61,723 nt of DNA, taken from positions 1-61,723 of the forward strand of contig CAZJRM010000002.1 of NCBI GenBank assembly GCA_964547975.1, in the 5' to 3' direction. Position numbers and translations under genes: made by a program. Positions 45,210 through 54,489 of this stretch are shown here, one piece after another; position 1 is the stretch's first letter; each line of letters begins with the position of its first letter. The notes under the pieces were generated by a model. That model was not told the origin of the DNA and ran no database searches. It worked only from the letters and a program-made list of their open reading frames with translations. This stretch comes from an uncultured Vicinamibacterales bacterium (lineage in GTDB: Bacteria > Acidobacteriota > Vicinamibacteria > Vicinamibacterales > JAKQTR01).

Positions 45210-48116
45210 ATGACGATACGAGGAGCCGGGCTCGTCCTCTCGGCCGCGCTGTGCGTGTCGGCGGTCGACCTGAAGGTCGGCGCAACGGACGACGCGGCGG
45301 GCATGGCGTGGCGCAGGGCTTCAGCCCTGCGGGAATCGGCAGGCCTGAAGGCCTGCCCCACGCCAGCACGAGCCGACGTCGCCGCCGATGCGATTCGGGT
45401 CGGGGACTTCGCGCTGACGTTCGACGCCCGCGGGCTCACGTCACTCGCGACGACCCGCGACACGAGCGGGGCGCAGGTGCTGCCCGCCGGCGCGCGGCTC
45501 GGCGTGGCGCTGAAGTACCGCGTCGAAGGCGGCGACTGGCTCGACCTCCACCAGACCGACCCGCAGGTCGACCGTTCGACGCCGCACACCGTGCGCTACG
45601 CCTCCGACGTCACCGGCACCGTGCTGTCATCGTCCCAGACGTTCCGCACCGACGGCCGCGTGCTCGACTGGACCGTCGACGTCGCGAACCGCATGGGGTA
45701 CCCGGTCGAGGTCGGCGACCTCGCGTTCGTGCTGCCCTGGCGCGCGCCGGGCGGTGAGGACCCGGAGGCGATCTTCGAACGCAGCTGGACCAAGCACCAG
45801 TTCGTGTCCGGCCACGGGTCGTTCCTCTACTTCGTGCGGCCCAGCGGCGATCCGCCGTACCTGGTCGTGACGACACTCCCGGGCACGAGCCTCGAATACA
45901 CCACCTCGCAGGGCGGGCGTGGGGCCGGGTTCCAGGCCTTCGTGCACTCGGCCATGACCGGCGGGAACGACACCCGCGGCACGTGGCGCCAGCCGCACAC
46001 GAACCTCACGCTCGGACCGGCCGGTTCACCGGCGGCGTCCGCGCGGTACGGCCTGCGGTTCCGCTGGGCCTCGTCGTACGACGACATGCGGCGCATCCTG
46101 TTCGACGAAGGCTCGTTCGACATCCGGGTCGTCCCGGGCATGACGGTGCCGGACGATCTCGATGTCACCTTCTCGCTGCATACGCGGGCGACCATCGACA
46201 CGGTGCTCGCGGAGTACGGCGCCGACACGACCATCACCCCGCTCGGGACGCCGAAGCCGGACCACCACCTCTATCGCGTCCGGTTCAGGAGGCTCGGGGA
46301 GAACCGCCTGACGGTCATCCACGACGGCCGACGACAGACGCACCTCGAGTTCTTCGTGACCGAACCGCTCGAGACGCTGATCAAGAAACGCGCGCGGTTC
46401 CTGGTGACGCGGCAGCAGCACCGGTCGCCGGACAAGTGGTACGACGGGTTGTTCTCGGTGTACGACATGCGGGCGAAGACGTTGCGGTCCCCCGACGACA
46501 CCGACGGGTTCGACTACTGGTGGGGCTACGTGGTGGCCGCCGACGACCCCGTGCTGGGCAAGGCCCCCTTCCTGGCGTCGAAGAACCTGCGATTTCCGGA
46601 TCGAAACGAGATTGCCGCCATCGAGTATTACCTGCAGCGATTCGTGTGGGGCAAGCTGCAGCGGACCGACGAGGAGCAGCCGTACCCGTGGGGGCTGCAC
46701 GGTGTCCCGAACTGGATCGAGGCACGCGATCCGAAGCTGCGCGCGCGCAGTTCGAATGCCAATCTCGACAAGATGAAGATCTGGCGTTCGTACGACTATC
46801 CGCACGTGGTGATGCTCTACTTCCACCTGTACGAAATCGCCAGGACGTATCCGTCGATGGTGAAGTACCTCGACGCGAAAGGTTACCTGGAGCGGGCCTA
46901 CCAGACGGCGCGGGCGTATTTCACGTACCCCTACGAGATCCTGCCCTGGTACGAGACCTACAAGTGGGGTTGCTACAACGAACTGGTGATCCTCGACCTC
47001 ATCACGGCGCTCGAACGCGAGGGGTTCCGCGAGCGCGCCGCGTGGCTGCGCGCCGAATGGGAGAAGAAGGTCAAGTACTTCGTCTACGACGACAGGTACC
47101 CGTTCCGCTCGGAATACGCGATCGACCGGACGGCGTTCGAGTCGAGCTACGCGCTGGCCAAGTACGGCGCCACGCACGACATGAAGCCCGACACGAACCT
47201 GTGGTTCGACAAGAACCGGCAGGTCTGGTACTCGCACCCGTCGGTGTCGCGGGCCGACTCGCGGACGTTCATGGACCGGCAACTGCGGGCCGGGCTCGCC
47301 GTGCGCGGGTGGCTCGAGACGGCCTACTACCTGCTCGGCTCCGATTTCACCGGCTCGTCCGATACGGGCGCGCTGAGCTACATGGCCGCCATGGGCGGAT
47401 GGGGCATCCTCGACTACGCGCTGATCTTCGCGACCGAGCCGTGGGACTACCTGCAGCTCGGCTACGCGTCGTACCTGAGCGCGTGGGCCCTGATGAACAC
47501 GGGCCGCGCGGAGACGAACTACGGATTCTGGTTTCCGGGCCCCGAGAACGACGGCGCGTCCGGGTGGCAGTTCATGACGGCGAAGTTCGGCCGCGGGTGG
47601 ATCCGGAAAGACATGCCGCGCGGGCCGTGGCACTACGACGGCGAGATCGATCTGGGCTACGGCGCCGCGCTGAGGATGGCAGCCACTGTCGTCGCCGACG
47701 ATCCGCTGTTCGGCGTGATCGCCTACGGAGGCACGATCGCGTCCAGCGGCGCGCAGCACTCGGTCGTGCCCCGCGACGGCCTGCGGCAGCGGTTGAGCGT
47801 CGTGCTGGGCCAGGGCGCGTGCCGCGGGACGGGCCCCTGCGTGTTCCGCGCCGAGTTCAGCCGCGACGGATTTGCGGAGGCGCGCCCGATCGTCATCGAC
47901 CGCGCCCTGAAGTCGGTCTCGTTCAGCGTGGAGAACCGAACGGGCGACGGTCACGCGACGACGATCCGCCTGTCGTTTCCGGCAGGCACCTCCTGGGAGG
48001 CGCGCGTCAACGGCAGGGGCGTGCCGATCATGCCCGTGGGCACGGGCGACTATCCGGCAAGCCTCACCATCGAGGTCGGCACGGGCTCGACGAACGTCGC
48101 GCTGACACGGAAGTAG
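45210..48116 (+). CDS. large secreted hypothetical protein (no family recognised with confidence)
   Basis: About 970-aa ORF with good coding character. MTIRGAGLVLSAALCVSAVD is signal-like. The start is uncertain (TTG 45192, ATG 45210 or ATG 45303). Confidence 0.7.
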   Translation: MTIRGAGLVLSAALCVSAVDLKVGATDDAAGMAWRRASALRESAGLKACPTPARADVAADAIRVGDFALTFDARGLTSLATTRDTSGAQVLPAGARLGVALKYRVEGGDWLDLHQTDPQVDRSTPHTVRYASDVTGTVLSSSQTFRTDGRVLDWTVDVANRMGYPVEVGDLAFVLPWRAPGGEDPEAIFERSWTKHQFVSGHGSFLYFVRPSGDPPYLVVTTLPGTSLEYTTSQGGRGAGFQAFVHSAMTGGNDTRGTWRQPHTNLTLGPAGSPAASARYGLRFRWASSYDDMRRILFDEGSFDIRVVPGMTVPDDLDVTFSLHTRATIDTVLAEYGADTTITPLGTPKPDHHLYRVRFRRLGENRLTVIHDGRRQTHLEFFVTEPLETLIKKRARFLVTRQQHRSPDKWYDGLFSVYDMRAKTLRSPDDTDGFDYWWGYVVAADDPVLGKAPFLASKNLRFPDRNEIAAIEYYLQRFVWGKLQRTDEEQPYPWGLHGVPNWIEARDPKLRARSSNANLDKMKIWRSYDYPHVVMLYFHLYEIARTYPSMVKYLDAKGYLERAYQTARAYFTYPYEILPWYETYKWGCYNELVILDLITALEREGFRERAAWLRAEWEKKVKYFVYDDRYPFRSEYAIDRTAFESSYALAKYGATHDMKPDTNLWFDKNRQVWYSHPSVSRADSRTFMDRQLRAGLAVRGWLETAYYLLGSDFTGSSDTGALSYMAAMGGWGILDYALIFATEPWDYLQLGYASYLSAWALMNTGRAETNYGFWFPGPENDGASGWQFMTAKFGRGWIRKDMPRGPWHYDGEIDLGYGAALRMAATVVADDPLFGVIAYGGTIASSGAQHSVVPRDGLRQRLSVVLGQGACRGTGPCVFRAEFSRDGFAEARPIVIDRALKSVSFSVENRTGDGHATTIRLSFPAGTSWEARVNGRGVPIMPVGTGDYPASLTIEVGTGSTNVALTRK
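45305..45364. repeat. REP-like double-hairpin element with outer stem, exactly 60 nt, inside the ORF
   Basis: GGCGTGG | CGCAGGGC-TTCA-GCCCTGCG | GGAATC | GGCAGGCC-TGAA-GGCCTGCC | CCACGCC. The architecture matches 28209-28264. Confidence 0.7.
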
Positions 48117-48168
48117 GGCCCGACGCTGGTCGGGCCTGATCGACGTGGCGCCCGACTTCAGTCGGGCC
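48117..48168. repeat. REP-like double hairpin between convergent genes
   Basis: GGCCCGAC-GCTG-GTCGGGCC, then GCCCGAC-TTCA-GTCGGGC. Confidence 0.6.
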
Positions 48169-49656
48169 TTACTTCTTCACCGATTTCACGAGCGGGAACA
48201 GCGCGGATTCCGTCCGCGCCTCCGTCATCACGCGTTCGATCCGGGCGACGATGTCCGGGTGGGCCGCGGTGACGTTCGCCGACTCCGCGACGTCTCGCGC
48301 GAGGTCGTAGAGTTCGAACGCGCCGGTGGCTGCGGTCCGAATCCCCTTCCAGGTGCCGAGCCGCACCGCCTGCTTCCCCTGGAACTCCCAGTAGAGGTAA
48401 TCGCGCGGGCGCTGTGCGGCGACGCGGCCCTCGAAGACCGGGAGCATCGACGTCCCGGTCGTGGATGGCAGCCCGGCAGCACCGGCGACCGCCGCGAGCG
48501 TCGGCGCGAGGTCGTCGAACGACGAGACGTGCGCGCTCACCGTCCCGGCCGGGATACGCCCGGGCCAGCGCGCGATCATCGGCACGCGGATCCCGCCTTC
48601 GTACAACATCGTCTTCAGACCGCGGAACGGGCCGGCGCTCCGGAAGAACGCGGAATCCGTGCCGCCGTTGAACGTGGGACCGTTGTCGCTCGTGAACACG
48701 AAGAGCGTGTCACGAGTGAGGCCGAGTTCGTCGATGAGCGCCGTCAGCCGCCCCACTTCGCGATCGAGCCGGGTCACCATGGCCGCGTAGGCGGCGTGCC
48801 GCGCCCGGTGCGGCAGGTAGCCCTGCTCGCCCCTGTACGGGGCGTCCTCGATGCGGCCCAGGTACTCGGCCAGCGAGTCCTCCGGCACCTGGAGCGACGC
48901 GTGCGGCACGGTTGGCGCGAAGTACAGGAAGAACGGTGTCGTGCGGTTCGCGCGGATGAAGGCGCGCGCCTCGTCTCCCATCAGGTCGAGGGCGTACTGG
49001 GTCCCGCCGTATCGGGCGTAGGACGCCGGGTCGTTCGGGTGACGGTCGGCGGGGAACTTCTCGTGCGGGTAAATCCCGGGGTTGTTCAACGGCACTCGGG
49101 TCGAGTTCCGCCAGAGGGCGGCCGGGTAGTGGTTGTGCGCGACGCGCTGGCAGAGGAAGCCGAAGAAGAGGTCGAAGCCCAGCCCGCCGGGTTCGCCGCT
49201 GCTGCCCGGGCCGCCGAGCCCCCACTTGCCAATGGCCGCGGTGGCGTAGCCGGCTCGTTTGAGCATCGACGCGATGGTGGGGGTGCCGGCCGGGAGCGGT
49301 CGCTGGCCCTCGAGGGCCGGATCGCGCCACACATCGCCGCGGAATCCCATTTCGTCGTTGTCGCGGATGTAGGTCCGGCCTGAGTGGAGCCCGGTCAGCA
49401 GGACCGAGCGCGACGGCGCGCAGACCGGGCTGCCCGAGTAGTGGTCGGTCATCCGCAGCCCTTCGCGCGCCAGGCGGTCGAGGCTCGGCGTCCGAATCGT
49501 CTGCTGTCCGTACGCCCCGACCTCGCCATACCCGAGGTCGTCCGCCAGGATCAGGATGATGTTGGGCGGGCGGGTGCCGCGTCCCTGCGCCTCCGCACCC
49601 GCAGGACACAGGCATGCCGCCAGGAAGAGCACCAGAACGCCGCGCGCGTTTGTCAT
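48169..49656 (-). CDS. arylsulfatase (formylglycine-dependent sulfatase family)
   Basis: Signal peptide, ILADDLGYGE and the CAPSRSVLLTG (CxPxR) motif. Confidence 0.9.
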   Translation of the reverse strand: MTNARGVLVLFLAACLCPAGAEAQGRGTRPPNIILILADDLGYGEVGAYGQQTIRTPSLDRLAREGLRMTDHYSGSPVCAPSRSVLLTGLHSGRTYIRDNDEMGFRGDVWRDPALEGQRPLPAGTPTIASMLKRAGYATAAIGKWGLGGPGSSGEPGGLGFDLFFGFLCQRVAHNHYPAALWRNSTRVPLNNPGIYPHEKFPADRHPNDPASYARYGGTQYALDLMGDEARAFIRANRTTPFFLYFAPTVPHASLQVPEDSLAEYLGRIEDAPYRGEQGYLPHRARHAAYAAMVTRLDREVGRLTALIDELGLTRDTLFVFTSDNGPTFNGGTDSAFFRSAGPFRGLKTMLYEGGIRVPMIARWPGRIPAGTVSAHVSSFDDLAPTLAAVAGAAGLPSTTGTSMLPVFEGRVAAQRPRDYLYWEFQGKQAVRLGTWKGIRTAATGAFELYDLARDVAESANVTAAHPDIVARIERVMTEARTESALFPLVKSVKK

Positions 49657-49678
49657 CGCCGCATTCTAGGTCAAATGC

Positions 49679-49777
49679 AAAAGGGGGCCAGGCCCCCTTT
49701 TTCTCCTCGCGTGGTCTGACCTAAAAGGGGGCCTGGCCCCCTTTTGTCGCCGGGGAAACGGGGCCTGGCCCCCTTTT
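49679..49777. repeat. three copies of the palindrome AAAAGGGGGCCWGGCCCCCTTTT in a divergent intergenic region
   Basis: Copies at 49679-49702, 49723-49745 and (5' arm degenerate) 49756-49777. They lie between the starts of the sulfatase (-) and the spermidine-synthase-like gene (+). Confidence 0.8.
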
Positions 49778-49793
49778 CCCGTAGAATGGGGAG

Positions 49794-51806
49794 ATGTTCA
49801 CGGCTCCACTCCGGATCTTCCTCTCTTCGTTCCTCGTCCTGTTCCTCGAAGTCGCACTCATCCGGTGGCTGCCGGCGCAGATTCGGCTGCTCTCGTACTT
49901 CTCCAACTTCATTCTCCTCGCCTCGTTCCTCGGCATCGGTATCGGCGCCCTCGTCGGCAGGAACCGCCGCTCCCTCTTCGGCTGGTACCCGGTCCTCCAG
50001 CTCCTGGTGGTGGGCGTCGTCTATTTCTTCCGGCTCGAGGTCCGCATCAACGCCCCGGGCAGCATCTACTTCACCAGCGGAACGACCGACCCGGTGACCG
50101 CGGTCGAGACCACGCTGCTGCTTCCGGTCCTCTTCGTCGCGGTTGCCGCCCTGTTCGCGACCATGGCCCAGCGGATGGCGCGCGAGATGACCGCCCTGCC
50201 GCCGCTGCGCGCGTACACGATCAACCTGGCCGGCAGCCTGGCCGGAGTCGCAGCCTTCGCGCTGGCGTCGTGGCTCGAGGCGAAACCGAGCGCGTGGTTC
50301 GTCGTCGCCTTCGCCGCCGCCGCGCCCCTGCTCCGCCAGCAGCGCTGGTCCACGCCGGCCATCGCGGGCCTCGCCTGCCTGGTCGCGTCGACGTCGCTCG
50401 TCGTCGCCATGGAACGCGGCACGATCTGGTCGCCGTACTACAAGATCACCGTCAAGCAGCAGGGCGCCGAGACCGTCGTCGAGGTCAACAACATCTGGCA
50501 CCAGTCGATGGCCCCGGTCGGGACGAAGGAATATTTCTACCAGTGGCCGTACATGGTCTTCGGCGACACCTTCGACGATGTGCTGATTCTCGGCGCGGGT
50601 TCCGGCACGGACGTGGCCGCCGCGCTGAAGCACAAGGTCCGGAGCGTGGATGCCGTCGAGATCGATCCGGCCATCCTCCGCCTGGGCAAGCAGGGTCACC
50701 CCGATCGCCCGTTCTCGGATCCGCGCGTCCATACGCAGTCCGACGACGCGCGGCATTTCCTGCGGACGACGACGAAGAAGTACGACCTGGTCGTCTTCGC
50801 GCTGATCGACTCGCTGACGCTGCAGTCGGCGTTCTCGGGGGTGCGGCTCGAGAGCTATATGTTCACGGAAGAGTCGTTCCGCGCCGTGAGCCGCGTGCTC
50901 AAGCCCAACGGCGTGCTGGTGGTCTACAACTACTTCCGCGAACCCTGGCTGGTCGACCGTCTCGCCAACACCGCGGCCTCGGCCTTCGGCCAGGAGCCCA
51001 TGGTGCACGTGCACCCGGCCAAGGACCAGCTCGGCGTGATGGTGGTCGGGCCACGGCTGAAGACGCTCGACGTCTACCCTGAGCCGCCGTCCGAGGTGGC
51101 CGCCTACAACCAGGGCACGCCCCTAGCGCCGCCGGTTCGTCATACGCGCGACCGGGCCATCGTGCCGGCCACTGACAACTGGCCGTTCCTCTACATGAAG
51201 GCGCCGCACCTGCCGGCGCACTACACCTCCGCGCTGGCCGTCGTGCTGTTCGTCTCGTTCATCGCGGTGTTCGCCGTCGTGCGGGGTTCGGTGCACAGGT
51301 GGTCGTGGGAGTTCTTCTTCCTCGGCGCCGGGTTCATGCTGCTCGAGACGAAGTCGATCATCCAGTTCGCCCTGCTGTGGGGGTCCACGTGGGTCGTCGC
51401 CTCGCTGACGATTGCCGCGGTGCTGGTCATGGCGCTCGTCGCGAACTGGACGGTCTCCCACGTCGAAGTCAGGCGGCCACGGCTCGTCGGCGCGGCGCTG
51501 CTGGGACTGCTCGCGCTCAACTACGTCGTCCCCGTGGGCACCTTCGCCTTCGAGAGCCGGCTCGTCGAATCCGTGGCGTACAGCCTGCTGGTCTTCAGCC
51601 CAATCTTCTGCGCCGGCCTGCTTTTCGGATCGAGCATCAAGCGGTCGGACGACGTCACGATCGACTACGGCGCCAACCTGCTCGGATCGATGGTCGGAGG
51701 CGTCGCCGAGTACCTGTCGTTGCTGATGGGATTCCAGTTCCTGTTGCTGCTGGTCGCCGGGTTCTACGTGCTGGCGCTGGCGACGCGGCGGTCGACGGCG
51801 GCCTAG
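49794..51806 (+). CDS. polytopic membrane protein with central spermidine/spermine synthase-like domain
   Basis: TM helices on both sides of VLILGAGSGTD...VEIDP...YDLVVFALIDS (aminopropyltransferase/SAM-MTase-like fold). ATG follows GGGGAG. Confidence 0.8.
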   Translation: MFTAPLRIFLSSFLVLFLEVALIRWLPAQIRLLSYFSNFILLASFLGIGIGALVGRNRRSLFGWYPVLQLLVVGVVYFFRLEVRINAPGSIYFTSGTTDPVTAVETTLLLPVLFVAVAALFATMAQRMAREMTALPPLRAYTINLAGSLAGVAAFALASWLEAKPSAWFVVAFAAAAPLLRQQRWSTPAIAGLACLVASTSLVVAMERGTIWSPYYKITVKQQGAETVVEVNNIWHQSMAPVGTKEYFYQWPYMVFGDTFDDVLILGAGSGTDVAAALKHKVRSVDAVEIDPAILRLGKQGHPDRPFSDPRVHTQSDDARHFLRTTTKKYDLVVFALIDSLTLQSAFSGVRLESYMFTEESFRAVSRVLKPNGVLVVYNYFREPWLVDRLANTAASAFGQEPMVHVHPAKDQLGVMVVGPRLKTLDVYPEPPSEVAAYNQGTPLAPPVRHTRDRAIVPATDNWPFLYMKAPHLPAHYTSALAVVLFVSFIAVFAVVRGSVHRWSWEFFFLGAGFMLLETKSIIQFALLWGSTWVVASLTIAAVLVMALVANWTVSHVEVRRPRLVGAALLGLLALNYVVPVGTFAFESRLVESVAYSLLVFSPIFCAGLLFGSSIKRSDDVTIDYGANLLGSMVGGVAEYLSLLMGFQFLLLLVAGFYVLALATRRSTAA

Positions 51807-51809
51807 GCC

Positions 51810-53342
51810 ATGGCGTCCTTCTCCCCGTTGCCGCTCGGCGCCAGGATCCCGGCCAGCCCGCACGCGGTGTCGTGTTCGCTGCCGACGATGCGCGACGTGT
51901 GCGGGTACGAGGAGCGCGATATCGAGGTCCTGCGGCACGTGCCGTCCGGCTACCCGCGATTCGTCGTACACCCGTTCGTCCGCGGGCTCGCGGCTCACTT
52001 CATGGCGACCGATCTGTCGCTCAGCGGCCGCACGCTCTGGCTGACGACGTCGGCACGCATGGCGGGCTGGCTGGCCGACCGCCTGGGCGAGGACGCCTCT
52101 CCGCGGCCGTACACGCGCGGAGGCCTCCACGGGGTTTCGCACGAGACGGCCCCCGAGTACTACGAACGGGCGAAGACCTTCCTGCAACACGTCGGCGGGC
52201 TGCTCTCGTCGCGTGAGGCCGAAGACCACCTCGTGCGGCTCAGCCTGCGCCGGGACGTGCACAGCGAGGACGTGTGCGGTGGCGAACCCGCCGAGTTGAT
52301 TGCGACCGACCTGGCACGTGTGCTGCCGGGCGTGTCGCCCGCCGGTCTGCACCTCGCCAACTGCGGCATGAGCGCGATGCACGCGGCGTTTCGGGCGATC
52401 TCGGAGGTGCAGCGTCCGCGCGGCCGCACCGCCTGGATGCAGGTCGGATGGCTCTACCTCGATACCATCGCCATCCTGCAGCAGTTCACTGGCAGCCCGG
52501 CGGACTACGTCTTCATCCGCGACGTGTTCGACACCGAGGCCCTCGTCCGCGTGTTTGCCGAGCACGGGCCGCGCCTCGCCGGCGTGGTCGCCGAGGTGCC
52601 TACCAATCCGCTCGTCCAGACGCCCGACCTTCAGGTGATCACGGCGCTCTGCCGCGCGCACGGCGCGCGGCTGGTCGTCGATCCGTCGATCGTGTCGGTC
52701 TACAACGTCGATGTCCTGCCGCACGCGGATGTTGTCGTCAGCAGCCTGACGAAATACACGGCGAGCGAGGGTGACCTCACCGCGGGCCTCGCGGCGGTGA
52801 ACCCGGACGGCCCTGATGCGGCCGCCCTCAACGCGGGGATCGCGTCAGCCGTCGAGCCGCTGTACCGCCGGGACGCCGCGCGCCTCGCCTGGCAGATTAC
52901 TCACACCGAAGCGGTGCTTGCGCGTATCCACGGCAACGTGCCGGTGGTCGTAGCGTTCCTGGAACAGCACCGGGCGGTCAAGGACGTCTACTGGGCACTC
53001 CATCCTGGGAGCCGCGACAACTACCGCCGCCTCGTCCGTGCGAACAGCCCGGGAAGCGCCGGCGAACGGGTCGGAGGCATGATCACGTTCACACTGCGCG
53101 AACCCGGCGCGCTGGCCCGCGTCTACGACCGCCTCTGCCTGCCGAAGGGCCCGAGTTTCGGCATGACGACGACGCTCCTCTGCCCGTTCATGTATCTGGC
53201 CCACTACGACCTCGTCCGGACGCAAGCCGGCCGGGAGGCGCTGGTAGCCGACGGCCTCGATCCGGACCTCCTGCGCCTGTCGGTGGGCACCGAGCCGGCC
53301 GACGCCATCGTGGCGGCGCTGGCCGACGCGCTGGTGGACTGA
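51810..53342 (+). CDS. PLP-dependent Cys/Met-metabolism (cystathionine gamma-synthase/lyase-like) family enzyme with extended N-terminus
   Basis: VVSSLTKYTASEGD (PLP Lys) and VPTNPL. It starts 4 nt after the upstream stop. Confidence 0.75.
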   Translation: MASFSPLPLGARIPASPHAVSCSLPTMRDVCGYEERDIEVLRHVPSGYPRFVVHPFVRGLAAHFMATDLSLSGRTLWLTTSARMAGWLADRLGEDASPRPYTRGGLHGVSHETAPEYYERAKTFLQHVGGLLSSREAEDHLVRLSLRRDVHSEDVCGGEPAELIATDLARVLPGVSPAGLHLANCGMSAMHAAFRAISEVQRPRGRTAWMQVGWLYLDTIAILQQFTGSPADYVFIRDVFDTEALVRVFAEHGPRLAGVVAEVPTNPLVQTPDLQVITALCRAHGARLVVDPSIVSVYNVDVLPHADVVVSSLTKYTASEGDLTAGLAAVNPDGPDAAALNAGIASAVEPLYRRDAARLAWQITHTEAVLARIHGNVPVVVAFLEQHRAVKDVYWALHPGSRDNYRRLVRANSPGSAGERVGGMITFTLREPGALARVYDRLCLPKGPSFGMTTTLLCPFMYLAHYDLVRTQAGREALVADGLDPDLLRLSVGTEPADAIVAALADALVD

Positions 53343-53412
53343 CCTAGAAGGGGGCCAGGCCCCCTTTTCAGTGCCATGTGGTCGGACCTAAAAGGGGGCC
53401 TGGCCCCCTTTT
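53341..53412. repeat. two copies of GACCTARAAGGGGGCCWGGCCCCCTTTT
   Basis: Copies at 53341-53368 and 53384-53412. The first begins inside the TGA stop at 53340-53342. The spacer shares GTGGTC(G/T)GACCTA with the 49.7-kb cluster. Confidence 0.8.
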
Positions 53413-53515
53413 CGCGGGCGCCTTTTCGCGCGGAGGGCGCCCTTCCCCGAGTACAATGCCCCCGGGCACCGGGACGCGGTGCCGCCATCATCCGAATCCT
53501 CGTGGAGGAAGCCGT

Positions 53516-54478
53516 ATGAAGATCGGGGTCTTTGCCGTCCTGTTCGGCCACAAACCGTTCGAAGAAACGCTCGACTACATCGTGGATCTGGGACTCGGCG
53601 CCATCGAAATCGGCACCGGGGCCTACCCTGGCAACGCGCACGCCAACCCGGCCGTGCTCCTCGCCAGTGACCGACGTCTGAAAGCCTTCAAGGAAGCCAT
53701 CGACCGCCGCGGGCTGACCATCAGCGCCCTCAGCTGCCATGGCAACCCCATCCACCCGAGCCCGGCGATCGCCAAGGCCCACCACAAGGTCTTCGAACAG
53801 ACCGTCGAGCTGGCCTCGAGACTGGGCGTGGAAACGGTCATCACGTTCAGCGGCTGCCCGGGCGCCGACGCCAAGGCGACGACCCCGAGCTGGGTCGTGT
53901 CGCCCTGGCCGCCCGAGTTTGCGCAGTCTCTCGAGTGGCAGTGGAAAGAACGTGTCGTCCCGTACTGGAAGCAGACGGCCACCCTGCTCCGCAAGAGCGG
54001 CGTGCGTGTCGGCATCGAGATGCATCCGAATTTCGTGGTCTACAACGCCGAAACCATGAACCGCCTCCGCGCCATCGCGCCGGCGGTCATCGGCTGCAAC
54101 TTCGACCCGTCACACCTGTTCTGGCAGGGCGCGGATCCGGTCACGGCCATCCGGGCCATCGGCGACGGCATCTTCCACTTCCATGCCAAGGACTGCAAGC
54201 TCGACGCCGCCAACATCGCCGTCAACGGCGTGCTCGACGCGAAGCCGTACACCAAGGAACTCGACCGTTCCTGGATCTTCCGCACGGTCGGCTACGGCAA
54301 CGGCGCGGCCGTGTGGAAGGCGATGGTCAGCACGCTGCGCCTGGTCGGCTACGACCACGTCCTGAGCATCGAACATGAGGACAGCCTCATGTCGGGCACC
54401 GAGGGTCTCAAGAAGGCCATCGCGTTCCTGAAGGATGTCGTCATCACCGAGCCGGCGGGCGAGGCGTATTGGGCGTAG
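53516..54478 (+). CDS. sugar phosphate isomerase/epimerase (xylose-isomerase-like TIM barrel)
   Basis: ATG 53516 follows GGAGGAAGCCGT. MKIGVFAVLFGHKPFEETLDYIVDLGLGAIEIG, plus IEMHPNF and SIEHED metal-ligand-like segments. Confidence 0.8.
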   Translation: MKIGVFAVLFGHKPFEETLDYIVDLGLGAIEIGTGAYPGNAHANPAVLLASDRRLKAFKEAIDRRGLTISALSCHGNPIHPSPAIAKAHHKVFEQTVELASRLGVETVITFSGCPGADAKATTPSWVVSPWPPEFAQSLEWQWKERVVPYWKQTATLLRKSGVRVGIEMHPNFVVYNAETMNRLRAIAPAVIGCNFDPSHLFWQGADPVTAIRAIGDGIFHFHAKDCKLDAANIAVNGVLDAKPYTKELDRSWIFRTVGYGNGAAVWKAMVSTLRLVGYDHVLSIEHEDSLMSGTEGLKKAIAFLKDVVITEPAGEAYWA

Positions 54479-54489
54479 ATCGGGGCCAG

